This document shows positions 48,661 through 61,969 of a DNA stretch of 64,000 nucleotides, in pieces (positions within the stretch are counted from its first letter, which is position 1; each line of letters begins with the position of its first letter). Under the pieces are notes generated by a model. The model was not told the origin of the DNA. It ran no database searches and was given only the letters and a program-made list of their open reading frames with translations. The translations under genes were made by a program, and so were the position numbers. The stretch is from Eledone cirrhosa. Its lineage: Eukaryota. The DNA lies in the NCBI GenBank assembly GCA_964016885.1, contig OZ024743.1, forward strand, positions 163,804,001 through 163,868,000. The letters are read 5' to 3'.

Positions 48661-50291
48661 AACTGGTTGCACGCATCATCAATCAGGCTATATATGGCGG
48701 TGTCATACCCAAAGACTGGTATTCTCATAAATTGCTACAAAGGTAAAGGGGATGCTCTGGAGAGGAGCAATTATAGGGGTATAAAACTGATGGATCAGGT
48801 TATGAAAGTGGCAGAAAGGATATTAGCACAACTGATTAGAGAAAGGGTCAAACTAGATGAGATGCAGTTTGGTTTTGTGTCTGGGAAGAGTGCAACAGAT
48901 GCCCTCTTCTTGGTGAGATAATTGCAAAAGAGGTTCTTAGAGAAAAATAAGCCACTATACTTAGCCTTTGTTGACCTAGAGAAGGCCTTTGATTGGGTTC
49001 CTCGATCTGTCATCTGTTGGTCCAACTAGGTGTTGAGGAATGGCTTGTGAGGACAGTGCAAACTTTGTACAGAGGTACTGTCAGTTAAGTCAGGGTAGGA
49101 ATGGAGTTTAGTGAGGAATTCCAGATACAAGTAGGAGTACATCAAGGTTCGGTCCCCAGCCCGCTCTTGTTCATTATAGTCCTCCAAGCCACAACAGAGG
49201 AGTTTAAGACTGGCTGTCCATGGGAACTTCTCTATGCTGACGATCTGGTTCTTATAGCAGAATCAGTAGAGGAGCTAGAGAATAAATTCTGGCTATGGAA
49301 ACAGCAGTTGGAAACAAGAGGACTGAGAGTGAACCTAGCTAAGACAAAAATGTTGATGAGTAGAAAAGAGGACAAAACTCTGATTCCGTCAGGGAAATGG
49401 CCATGTTCGATATGTAGAAAAGGAACTGGCATAAATTCTATAAAATGCACACAATGCAGATCCTGGGTACACAAGTGATGTAGCGGGATAGCAGCCAAAT
49501 TAACAGGTAGGGAGAAATACGTATGCAGTAGATGTACAGGGAAATTAGACAGTAGAAGTCGCATTGATAGACACATTTTTCAAATGCAGGCGGGTGCTAT
49601 AGAAGTGGTGGATAGCTTCCGGTACCTAGGAGTTCAGATTAGCATGGGCGGGGGTGTTCCGAGGCAATAGTATCTAGAATAAGGACGGGTTGGAAGAAGT
49701 TTAGGGAGCTGCTTCCTCTGCTGACGAAGAAGGGTTTCTCCCTGCATACGAAAGGCCGGTTATATGATGCCTGTGTGAGGAACGCGATGCTGCATGGTAG
49801 TGAGACATGGGCAGCAGCTGCAGAGGATATGCGACGGCTGGAGAGAAATGAGGCAAGTATGCTCCGTTGGATGTGCAATGTCAATGTGTGTGAATGACCC
49901 AGCATGAATGTGTTGAGAGAGAAACTGTGTCTGAGAGGGATAGAATGTAGTGTACGGGAGAGGAGACTGAGGTGGTATGGACATGTGATGCGCATGGAGG
50001 ATGACCGATGGGTGAAGAAGTGCCAGGAAATGCCAGTTGAAGGAAGACGTGGTAGAGTAGACCACAAAAAACATGGGCGGAGGTGGTGAGAACAGACCTC
50101 AGATCGCTGAAGCTCATGGTGGAGATGACGAAGGACCGTGACAAGTGGAGAGATGCTGCGCTGAATAAGACCCGTCCCACCCTTGCAAGCAGGGAAAAGC
50201 AGACGTAAAATGATGATGATGATGGTGTTGGTGGTGGTGGTGGTGGTGGTGGTGATGATGATGATGATGGATAGATAGATAGATATATATA

Positions 50292-50322
50292 CTAGTAGAG
50301 GTACCTAGCGTTGCCCAGGAAT
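50292..50322 (-). mobile_element. Helitron-like 3' terminus
   Basis: Minus strand CCTGGGCAACGCTAGGTACCTCTA-CTAG-T, similar to the end of the Helitron at 47147-47174. Confidence 0.6.
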
Positions 50323-52374
50323 GTGCGTCAATGTGTTGGTGTTCATTCATGTCCTTTTGGTCGAGTCTTTGTGTGAAATATTCAGCCTTGTCAAACACAA
50401 TATCTTGCTGAATGTACCTGAGAATTACATTTAAGTGTACACATGATGAATTTCCCTGGCTAATTTTATTGAAGATTTAGTGTTATTAATGGTCAACAAA
50501 TAAACAAACAAACTTTAAAATTTTATTTAGAATATCTTAATACAGAAAGTAATAAAGAAAATAATAGGAAAATGAATAGTAATGGTTATAGGAATAGAGG
50601 GTGGAGGGTGAGGGGTAAGGCTATGTATAGACACGACTTAGAGGCTGAAGGAGTATTTTTAAGAAAGGAATAAAATTAGAAGTAAAAAGTGGGTTATATA
50701 GAAGTAAATGAACAAATGGTTAAGTGAAATAGTAAATAAGATAAAATAAGACCAAGTAAAATATAATGATTTAAAAATAGCTGAAGTGGATAATATGGGT
50801 TGATACCCAGTGATAAAGTGTATGTATTATGTATATGCATACTGCATTCACACCAGCACACACAAGTATACTGGGGTGTCATAGAAGGTTTTTACATAGA
50901 AATGCGTGAATAAATGAATCAATTATTACTTTAAAGAACCACAATACCATGTCATCAACCCTGACCAGTCCTTCAGCTGCAACCACTGTGCCTGCCTGTC
51001 CTGCATTGGCTTGAACAGTAACGTATGTTCCTGCAATCAATGTGGACTACTCCCTAAGCCATGATGATCATCATCATCATTCATCATCATCACTATTTAA
51101 CGTCCATTTTCCATGCTAACATGGATTAGACAGATTGTCCTATTTGAGGTAAGTCGAGGTCAGATGACCATGTCTTGCTCATACAGAACTGATTTTAGCT
51201 TGGTTTCTGCAGCTAGATGCCCTTCCTAAAGCCAACCACATTTACAGTGAGTACTGGGTGCTTTTTATTGTGACACCTACACAACCACTTTACAGTGTGG
51301 AGTGGGGACTTTTTGTCGTGACACATACATGACCACTTTACAGTGTGAGCTGAGGATTTTGGTGTGAAGGGTGTGGGGGGATGAAGGGGTGGATATAGGG
51401 ACGTGTGTGAGGGGCAGAGTGTTAGGATATGGGAGGTGTGTAGAAGGTGGGATAAAAATGAAGTTGGTGCATACTAGATGTATGCTTCAGCCTGTTCTCA
51501 TGGGAGTGGGGATGTAGGTGAACACTGTATGTATGCTTCAGCCTGTACTCAAGGGAAGGCAGGTTTTCTGTATTAGTGCATAATGCCAGAGATCCCAGTC
51601 CTGAAAGGTACAATTGTGCAAGGTCAGCTTTTATCACTTCATCTCAAGTCTTCCTGGTTCTTTCTACTCCATAGCTTTTATCAGCTTTGAGTGCTCTGCA
51701 TCTTTTTATACAGTTGTCACCTTTCATATGTATCACATGTCCATATCAACGCAATCTCCTCTCCTGCACACTGCATCTGATTCCTTTTATGCCTAGTTTT
51801 TCAGTTCTTTTATGTTTTGCCATTCACATATATTACTATTACATATCCATCAAAGCACTCAAACTTCATTTCTTTCTAATCTTCATAAGTCCTCTGCACA
51901 CAGTGCCCAGGCCTCATTACTATGTTGGAAATAGAAATGTGTTTTGAATTACTACATTCTGTGGTATACCTATCTATCTACCCAGTCTGTACAGTGCAAG
52001 AACATATGTAAGCAAGATGTGGCTGCTCCCTCTTTCCTTAAAGAGGGGGTCTGATAGGTCAGTGGCTCCGAGTGAAAGCAGATTTGGTCAACTCTCTCGC
52101 TAGACTGATAACCTGGAGCCCTCCTCCCCGTCCCACACACACACACACACACACATTAAATAATGATGATGTTGATGATATATATGATTTCTGTTAACAT
52201 ATGACCATCCCTGCAGTGTTTGTCCTCACCAGTGTACTTAAACTTTTGTTCTATTTGTTCAGTCCCCTGTGGCAAATAACATTATTATGATTACTATTTC
52301 TCTTTATCAGTGACACTCTGCTATTATCTGTTAAGAACTTTTCCAACTTGCTGTTGACTTTATATATCTAAACA

Positions 52375-53330
52375 GCACTACCAGCATCACCATCAACACC
52401 ACCACCCAACCAGCATCACCACACAAATAGTATCACCACCAACACCACCACACAACCAGCATCACCACCCAATCAGCATCACCATCAACACCACCACACA
52501 AATAGCATCACCACCAACACCACCACACAACCAGCATCACCACCCAATCAGCATCACCATCAACATCACAACCACCACCACCACCTAACCAATCAACACC
52601 ACTACCAGCATCACCATCATCACAACAAGCACCACAACCCAACCAGTCAACACCACCACCAGCATCACCATCAACACCACCACCACAACCCAACCAATCA
52701 ACACCACCACCAGCATCACCATCAACACCACCACCACAACCCAACCAGTCAACACCACCACCAGCATCACCATCAACACCACCACCAGCATCATCACCAC
52801 AACCCAACCAGTCAACACCACCACCAACATCCCAACCACCACCCCTACAAACATCACCACCACCCCTACAAACATCACCACCACCATCACTAACAACACC
52901 ATCATTATTATCATCATATTTCTGGCTAGATGTAGCTAAGTTTTTAGTCCTGGAAATATCAGAGGTAAAGAGCTAAGGTAAAGCAAAGCTGTTGCCTCAT
53001 GGTGGAGTCTCAACTAAATAACACTCCACACCATGCTTTACTACACTTCGTCACCACCATCACCTCAGTCACACCTCACTACACTTCAACACCTACACCA
53101 GACCTCACAACCACTACACAAAACTTTACCACAACCTCCACTCATCACACCTCACCAATATCACCATCACCACATCATACCACCACCACCTCCACACACT
53201 CATCACATCTCCCCCCCCCCACCACCACCACACACTCATCATCCACCCCACCACTACCATAACTACATCACACCTCCCCACCACCACCACCACATCACAT
53301 TATTACCACAACACTGCTACTGTTAATGTT
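52375..53330. repeat. CAC/ACC-rich low-complexity and minisatellite tract
   Basis: Degenerate (CAC)n with ~60-bp repeats; the G/D/V-rich ORFs are artefacts of this. Confidence 0.85.
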
Positions 53331-53984
53331 GTTGGAAATATATTTATGTAACCTTCCATTACACTTCTCACAAAACAAATGTTTGTACTTACACATAGAT
53401 TTATATAATCACACATATATCACGTACACACACACTAGCATACATATATGCACACAAACACACCAGTTTATGCATATACATACCACAGCATACATATGCA
53501 CCCACACTTGCACACTAGCATACATATGTGCTCACACACACACCACCACCACCAACATACATATGCATGCTTACTCGCATACACCAATATATACATGCAC
53601 ACAAACATACTAGCATACATACACATACTAGCATACATGTGCACACGCATTAGCATATATATGTGCACACACACACACACCAGCATGCATATGCCTGCAC
53701 ACAAACACACCATTATATGCATGCACACACGCACACTCACACTAGTATACACATATACATGAACAAACATATTGTTACATCGATTTTAATAGAAAACTGT
53801 ATTTTGAGAGTATTATACAAATTCTAAGGTGGCGAATTGGCAGAGTCATTAGAACGTCGGATAGAATGCTTTGTGGTATTCAATCCGGTTCCCTGCTCTT
53901 TGAGTTCAAGTCCCACTGAGGTCAACTTTGCCTTTCGTCCTTTTGAGGTTGATAAAAGAAGTACCAGTCAAGTACTGAAGTTGA

Positions 53985-54480
53985 TTCTTCCTCTGTATCT
54001 CTTTCTCACTTCCTCTGTATCTCTTTCTCACTTCCTCTGTATCTCTTTCTCACTTCCTCTCTTTCTCTTTCTCACTTCCTCTCTTTCTCTTTCTCACTTC
54101 CTCTGTATCTCTTTCTCACTTCCTCTGTATCTCTTTCTCACTTCCTCTGTATCTCTTTCTCACTTCCTCTGTATCTCTTTCTCACTTCCTCTCTTTCTCT
54201 TTCTCACTTCCTCTCTTTCTCTTTCTCACTTCCTCTGTATCTCTTTCTCACTTCCTCTGTATCTCTTTCTCACTTCCTCTCTTTCTCTTTCTCACTTCCT
54301 CTCTTTCTCACTTCCTCTCTTTCTCTTTCTCACTTCCTCTCTTTCTCTTTCTCACTTCCTCTCTTTCTCTTTCTCACTTCCTCTGTATCTCTTTCTCACT
54401 TCCTCTCTTTCTCTTTCTCACTTCCTCTCTTTCTCTTTCTCACTTCCTCTCTTTCTCTTTCTCACTTCCTCTCTTTCTCT
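53985..54480. repeat. 22-bp polypyrimidine minisatellite attached to a SINE
   Basis: Units CTCTTTCTCACTTCCTCTGTAT / CTCTTTCTCACTTCCTCTCTTT begin directly after the SINE at 53827-53985. Confidence 0.92.
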
Positions 54481-55319
54481 GGAAGAAATCTGCTGTACTG
54501 AAGCCTGAAGAGGGATGGGCTTCATCAGGCTTAAAATGCTCCAGAACACTGTATGGATATGTCATTATGGAGCTTCTATGACTCTCTCATAAGTTATGGG
54601 ACCATACTATACCATACCATACAAATTCTACTCCTATTTTTTAACAGATGACAATCTCTAAACCAAGGTTATATACACTAATTTCTTTACAAACATGAAT
54701 GAATGTGTGTATGTGTCATTGTGTGAAGACGCATGGCTTAGTGGTTAGGGTATTCGGCTCATGATCATCAGGTTGTGAGTTCGATTCTCAGCGGCATGTT
54801 GTGTCCTTCAGCAAGACACTTTATTTCATGTTGCTCAAGTCCACTCAGCTGGCAAAAATGCGTTGTATTTGTAAATCAAAGGTCCAGCCTTGTCACATTC
54901 TGTGTCACGTTGAATCTCCCTGAGAATTACGTTAAGAGTACACGTGTCTGTGGAATACTCAGCTACTTGAAGTTTAATTTCAAGAGCGGGTTGTTTCATT
55001 GATCATTTCAACTGGAACACTTGTTGTAACTGACAGAGTACCATAATATGTCTTTGTGTATGTAGTTATGGGTGTGTATGTGTGTATGTGTGTGTTTGTG
55101 TGCTTGCTTGTGTGTGTGTGTAGTTGTGTTCATGTCCTTTAATAATTGTATTTTTATTTGTTTTAATGATCCTCTTAAAAAATTGTTTTTCGTTTTGCCT
55201 TGTTTTCGTTTGATGTATTGTCCTCTCTGTTAATTTTCCTAAGTTTATCATTAATAATCTCTGATGAGCATGTTATCTCTTCTCCGCACTTAATTTAAAT
55301 AGCATATATATGTATGTTA

Positions 55320-58300
55320 TCTCTTTCTCTTAATTTCGAGTATATTTTTTTGACCGGCCACCTTCCTGGTGGCAAGGTTGTAAAAGCAAAGAAATTGTCA
55401 TCCCTTGAATCGCAAGAATGTTTTGCAGATTTCGCAGCCATTTGTAGACTATGAATTAGGGAGCTGCGCTTTTTGTCCGCAAATCCAAGTTCAGTCATAC
55501 TTTGGTCCAAGCGGGTTGGTATATAACCCGTAGCTCCAATAATGATGGGTATGAAGCTAAAGGTGTATCTTGGATACTGGATTTGTAAACTCCTCATCAA
55601 TGGTCCGTAGATGTCCTCCTTCTCCTGTATTTTTCTGACAACGTTTACATCAAGTGGGCAGCTGATCTCCACAACAGAACACGTTTTCAATGTGTGGTCC
55701 CAAACAACAATATCAGGCCGGTTGTGCTTTAATTTGGTGGTAGTTTTTATTTTCAGGTTCCACCAGTATTCCTTAGTGCCATCTGTCTCAATATATCATC
55801 CTTCCTCGTTTGTTGTTAATTTTGTTTTCCGAAGTGCGTTCCAGATGGTTCTAACTATCCCATCGTCTCTCATGGGGAGGTAGTAGCGAGATGACATTCT
55901 TTCGCAGCTGGCAACAATGTGGCTTACATCCTCGATCTTTGTTTTACATAGCCTACATTTATTGTCAGCTGCTGGCCCTCCTCTTTTGTGCAACAGATAT
56001 TTGGTAGGGAGTTCTTGTTCCTGTATTGCATAGAGATATCCCTCAAGGTGTGATGTCATAAACTTGTCAGAACTCCATGCCAGGCTTTTTGAGTGGTTTA
56101 TCCCCTCAATGGTCTGTGTTTTACGCCTCAAGTATCCATGCACAACCTTTTCTGTAAATTGATCAATTTTTTTATCTTGTTTGAACATTGAATAGGATCT
56201 TCCAATTTCTCTGGGTGAGAGATTTATATCAGGCTTTATTCCATATCACTCCTCCAGATCAGTCGCTATTCTAATGATATTTTTTTTTTCTTGCTCATAA
56301 ACCTGGGCAAGATGGTTGCCAACCTTTTTCCTCTGTTGAAGGTGTTGCTTCAGTGTTACTATCCGGGTCTCATATGTTGTTAATATTGATTTTAGACCCC
56401 GGCCACCTTCCTTGCGTGAGAAGTATAGCCTATCCACATCACCATTGATGTTAAAATTCCCAGTAACACTGAGAAGTTTTCGAGTTCTAACATCCATCTC
56501 ACTTAGTTCTTGCAATGACCAGTTCAGCAGGCCAAATGTTGGCGTTAGAATTGGCACAGTATAAGTATTGTGGGCAATGTATTTGTTGTACGCTGACAGT
56601 TCTGATGACCATATTTTCTTTACTCTTCTGAGGTATTCAGTTCTGGTTCTCTCCTTATTTATGGGTCCATCATATCTGACATTCTCATCCTGTCCAAGAT
56701 ATCTGTAGTTGTCACCTGACTGTAGAGGTTGTATTGTCAGGCCGTTCATCTCTAGATTTCTAGAGGAAGGCACAGCTCTTCCACGTTTTACTGCCAAATA
56801 TGCACACTTGTACTCACCAAATTTCATTTTGATGTCGGTTGAAAATTGTGTAATGAGGTCCAATTGTTTCTTGATGTCATTGATATTTGGCCCATACAAC
56901 TTCAGGTCGTCAATAAAGAAAAGATGGGAGATACTTCTGGGCCCACTTCTTTGTCCACCTTGTTTCCTGAGTAGGTAAGATAGTGGATTCAGTGAGAGAA
57001 CGAAGAGTAGCACTGACAAGCTATCACCCTGAAAGATGCCCTTCTGGTAATGTATCTTATCAGCCTTAACTTGCTCCTTCTCACCTCTAACGATCAAATT
57101 GGTGTACCAGTTCTTGGTCAGGCATTCAACAGCAGCTACCAATGGTTGTGGGACTTTAGCTAACTGTAAAGCCTTAATAATCCACTCATGAGGTACACTA
57201 TCAAATGCTTTTTGATAGTCCAGCCACACCACAGTCATGTTTCTGCGATTCTTTGTTGTTTTTTCCTGAATCATTTTGTTAGTTAGTAGGTGATCTATGC
57301 AACCCCACACCTCCCTCTTTCCACCAGCTTGCTCAGGTGTTATGATGTTGTTGGTAGCACAGTGATCCTGAAAGAACAGGTGAAGGCACCCAGTATATAA
57401 TTTATACATGATGTTTTGGCAGGCTATTGGGCGGTAATTTTTAGCAAGGGTGGTTTGGCTATTTTGGGGAATGAGGAGAGTAGTGGCAGTTGATAACCAT
57501 CTGGGCAGTTCTTGTGTGCCTTTAATGGTTTCTGTAAACAGCCATATGAGATCTTGCCGATAGAAAGTGAAATTTTTCAACCAGTATCCTGTAATGAGGT
57601 CTGGGCCTGGCGATTTCCTATTCAACATTTTCTGTAGAGCTGTTTCCAGTATTGACCCATCTATGTCATATTGTTTTGTCTAGACATGTTGGCAGTAGTC
57701 CTGTTCCAGTTCTTTTAGCCAATTAGTTTGTCTGTTGAATCCGTCATCCGTTTCCCATACAGATCTCCAGTAGCTCTCAACCTGTTCTTTTGAAGGGGTG
57801 TCATTTACAGGGATTGAGCTTTTGCCACCGAAGCTGCGATAAACTGATTTAGGATCTCTGGCAAACAATCTATTTAGCACTTGTCGTTTATGTGCTGTTG
57901 ACTTATATTTTAGTCTTTCTGTTGTAGCTGTGAGTTGTTGTTTCAACTGGTGTAATTTGGAGTTCAAAGTTTTAAATTTTGTATCTCTAAATCGTCTCTC
58001 TAACTTTTTTTTTAGGTCTTCCTGGTGTCGTGTGAAGTTGCTCTCTATATAGCATTTCATAACGACTGCGATGTGTGAGATACTTTGTCTCAGGGACAAA
58101 ATTTTGCTTTTTAAATTTCGCATCCACGCTGGTTCAGGCTTTCTGTTTGTATCTTGATTGCGTGGTTTTAGATGTGTGTTATATGATAGCAATGTGACAG
58201 CTGAAACATATAACAAAACATTAAGCATTTCAAATGTCGTTTCTACACCTTTAGATCGTATAGCCTTCAGATACTTGCCAGCTATTTCGTTCACCGCTTC

Positions 58301-58356
58301 CAATTCCAATTTAGTGGGTTCTTTACTGATTCTGGTGTTGTATGGTCTGTCACTCA
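55320..58356 (-). mobile_element. R4/Dong-type non-LTR retrotransposon (RT + CCHC + restriction-like endonuclease), disrupted
   Basis: KSPGPDLITGYWLK, YRPIAC, WLDYQKAFDSVPH, GIFQGDSLS, HLFFIDDLKLY, GGRGL, AIQEQ, CRLC..IEDVSHIVASC, HNRPDIVVWD..VEISCP; split into 4 ORFs; 5' end cut off by the RTE at 58388. Confidence 0.92.
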
Positions 58357-58387
58357 TGTATGTATGCATGTATGTATGTATGTATGA

Positions 58388-60131
58388 ATCCGTACCTGAG
58401 GACTGGAGAGATGCAGTAATGGTGGTCTTGTACAAGGGAAAGGGTAACAGGAATGATTGTGGGAACTACAGAGGTATATCATTGCTTTCTGTCGTAGGGA
58501 AAGTTTTATGTAGGGTGCTTCTGGACCGTCTGCTGACATACATTACAGATTGTGTTCTTCCTGAAAGTCAATCTGGTTTTTGTGCTGGACGCGGCACTAC
58601 TGATATGAGCTTCTCAGCTAGACAGCTCCAGGAGAAGTGCATGGAACAAGGCTTGGATCTGTATCAGGTTTTTGTCGATCTGACAAAAGCTTTCGATACT
58701 GTTAACAGAGATGCATTAAGTTCCTTGCTTTAGTTAGGTCTTTCCATGACGACATGAAGGCTTGGGTTAATGTCGGAGCCTATCTCAGTAAAAAATGGAG
58801 TGAAACGGGGATATTCCAGCACCGACCCTGTTTGCCATATACTTTGCAATGGTTTTCTGTATTGCATTCAGGAATTGCGAGCATGGTGTTTACATCCGAT
58901 ATCGAACCTCAGGCAGCATATTTAACATCAGGCGCTTTGCTGTAAAGACAAAAGTATTTACATCAATCATAAGAGACCTCTTGTATGCAGATGATTGCGA
59001 TCTTGTAGCGCACACAGAGAGTGATATGCAGCACATTTTGAATGCATTTTCTGACGCTTGCACTGCCCTAGGTCTGACTGTCAGTCTCAAGAAAACCGTC
59101 GTCATGTACCAACCTGCCCCTGGTAAGCAGTACACTGAACCAAATATCTATGTGTATGGCAAACGACTTGGAGTGGTTGATCAGTTTGTCTACCTGGGAA
59201 GCACTGTCAATCGATACAGCAACCTTGACAGTGAAATCTCACTTAGGATTAGGAAAGCAAGTGATGCTTTCGGAAAGCTAGAAAGGCGACTCTGGCGTTG
59301 GCGAGACATATGCAGGAGGACAAAGGTAAAGGTGTACAGGGCATGTGTACTCTCTTGTCTTCTTTATGCCTGCGAGACTTGGGTCGCATATCGACACCAC
59401 CTTAAGCAATTGGAGTGTTTCCATCAGATGTGTCTCAGATGGATCCATGCCGTTCACTGGAGGGACCACATCAGTGATGTCGAGATTTTGGAAATCTTTA
59501 TGTGTGACAGTATAGAAGCTCTTGTGCTTAAGTAACGACTCCGTTAGAGTGGTCACCTTGCCTGGATGAAGGATTCTAGAATACCAAAACAACTCTTTTA
59601 TGGAGAGTTGGTTAAAGGAAAACGACCGCCACATAAACCAAAAAAGAGGTATAAGGATTCCTTGAAAGCCTCTCTGAAAGACGCTAACATCTCTGCTGAT
59701 ACATGGGAGAATATTGCTGCTGATCGTAATAAATGGAGGGAATATATATGAGGGAAAATTTGCCTTTGAGGCATCTCGAATCGCATACGAGAAAGTAAAG
59801 CGGGATGTGAGGAAGGGCATTGCTGTTGCACTTCCAGACGGCGAGACTCTGCCTAAGCAAAGCTGGACTCGAAAGTCATCTTCGCAGTCATAAAGTAAGA
59901 CCAGTGGTTGACTACCAGGCTGCTGTTGGAGATGCTACTCATGATGCTTGCCAAACATGTGGTAGAGAATGTAAATCAGCAGGAGGACTCAAGCGACATG
60001 CAAAAATACACGAACTCCAACCACAGCCGACTATTCCCAGTGAATGTTTTGGTTGCCGACTCTGTGCAAGACATTTTAGATCATCGGCTGGGCTAAAAAG
60101 CCACATTCGATCGCAGCGCTGTTAGTTGCTA

Positions 60132-60168
<37 letters not shown>

Positions 60169-60405
60169 AATATGTTTATGTGTGTGCGTGTATGTGTATA
60201 TATGTATATGTATATTATTATTGTTGTTGTCGTTATTATTATTATTGTTATTAATGTATATGTGTGTGTGTATGTATGTATATGTATGTGTATGTATATA
60301 TATATATATATGTATATATATATTTCTTTTTTTATTTTTATTTATTTTTTTTTTTTTTTTCTCCTCGTGCAATGGCCATACTCGATAACGAGGGGGCAGC
60401 CATCA
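58388..60405 (+). mobile_element. 5'-truncated RTE (BovB-like) LINE with C-terminal C2H2 zinc fingers
   Basis: [64 protein letters not shown]; CQTCGRECKSAGGLKRHAKIH, CRLCARHFRSSAGLKSHIR; tail CTCGATAACGAGGGGGCAGCCATC(ATGT)n after an internal microsatellite. Confidence 0.92.
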
Positions 60406-60436
60406 TGTATGTATGTATGTATGTATGTATGTATGA

Positions 60437-61067
60437 GATGACCCCTTAGCCTTTGTCAAGGCAGAATTCCAGGAGAAGGCAAAAAAAAATATAACACCTG
60501 CAACCCTGATGGTATCCAATGATGTTGACTTGTTCTTCTTTTTGGTAAATATCATCTTAAGAGAGTGGGACTGGCTTTGTGCAGTGCCTTTGCTCACTAT
60601 AAAAGCTTCACGGCACAGGCATTGCTTTGTATCTGGAGATCTCTCTGCACTTGTCGTCACATGGTACCATGAGCCCAGCACTATGTGTCAATAATTGTTA
60701 CAGGTGTAGTGTTTGTACCAGAGTTTTCAAGTCGCTGGCTGGACTAAAAAGTCACACTCGTTCAGTGCATCGGTAGGGGTTCTCCTACATGGATATAAAG
60801 TAGTGGCCGTACTCGAAAACGAGTTGGCAGCCACCATGTATGTATGTATTGCTTTATATCTGGAGATCTCTCTGCACTTGTCATCACAGGGTACAATGGG
60901 CCCAGCACTATGTGTCAGTAATTGTCACAAGTGTAGTGTTTCTACCAGAGTTTTCAAGTCGCTGGCTGGACTAAAAAGTCACACTCGTTCAGCACATCGG
61001 TAGAGGTTCTCCTACATGGATATAAAGTAGTAGCCATACTCGAAAACGAGTTGGCAGCCACCATGTA

Positions 61068-61105
<38 letters not shown>

Positions 61106-61680
61106 TGTGTCTGTGTGTGTGTGTGTGTATTCGGGTCGTTGGCGACTAAACTGGCAACCCCACCAAGGTTTCTTGGTGAGGAGGGTGACTTTGGACATCC
61201 TGCAGGACTAAAAACAAAACCTGTCAAAGGGCAAAGGAGCTCTTAAGAGTCAATGGCCATCCAAAATCACCGAGAGAGATGACCTCTTAGCCTTTGTCAA
61301 GGCAGAATTCTAGGAGAAGGAAAACTCTGATATAACACCTGCAACCCTGATGGTATCCAATGATCTTGACTTGTTCTTTTTTTTGGTAAATATCATCTTA
61401 GTTAAGAGAGTGGGACTGGCTTTGTGCAGTGCCTTTGCTCACTATAAAAGCTTCATGGCACAGGCATTGCTTTATATCTGGAGATCTCTATGCACTTGTC
61501 GTCACATGGTACCATGGTCCCAGCACTACGTGTCAATAATTGTCACAAGTGTAGTGTTTGTACCAGAGTTTTCAAGTCGCTGGCTGGACTAAAAAGTCAC
61601 ACACGTTCAGCGCATCGGTAGGGGTTCTCCTACATGGATATAAAGTAGTGGCCATACTCGAAAACGAGTTGGCAGCCACC
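60437..61680 (+). mobile_element. Cluster of three copies/fragments of the non-autonomous RTE-derived retroposon
   Basis: 60437-60836, 60845-61062 and 61130-61680, separated by (ATGT)n/(GT)n. Confidence 0.85.
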
Positions 61681-61969
61681 ATATGTATATATATATATAT
61701 GTATGAATATCTAATGCCCCAATAAAATGCATTCAACCCACACTATAATGTGGTAGTGTAGGATCATGATAAAATGCACCCATTATATGTTGTGAAGTAT
61801 TTGGTGAAAGGCATCCAAGTGTAGAAAGCATACCAGAGTGGAATGTATGAACAAGATATTCTCATCTAACCTGTTTGTTTAGCCGCAGTATGTGACAATC
61901 TATCAACCCATGCAAGCATGGAAAATAGATGTAAAATGGTGATGATGATAGTGTGTGTGTGTGTATATA

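Larger units (their letters stand above)
45760..50222 (+). mobile_element. Near full-length RTE LINE (APE-RT), inactivated, with two nested insertions
   Basis: HLRVATLNVGTL...CCVQEVRW, YAPQ, AGDFNGHVG, SQIDFLL, NYRGIKL, FVDLEKAFD, QGSVPSP, LLYADDL, LHGSETW, RWYGHV; (GAT)n tail; several stops and deletions. Confidence 0.95.

Noticed and set aside
50937-51030. GC-richer island that could be an exon on either strand
   Set aside because: Weak acceptors on both strands, several open frames, no recognisable peptide.
52508-54508. Long ORFs rich in G/D/V, H/T or S/L/F
   Set aside because: Translations of simple repeats and minisatellites.
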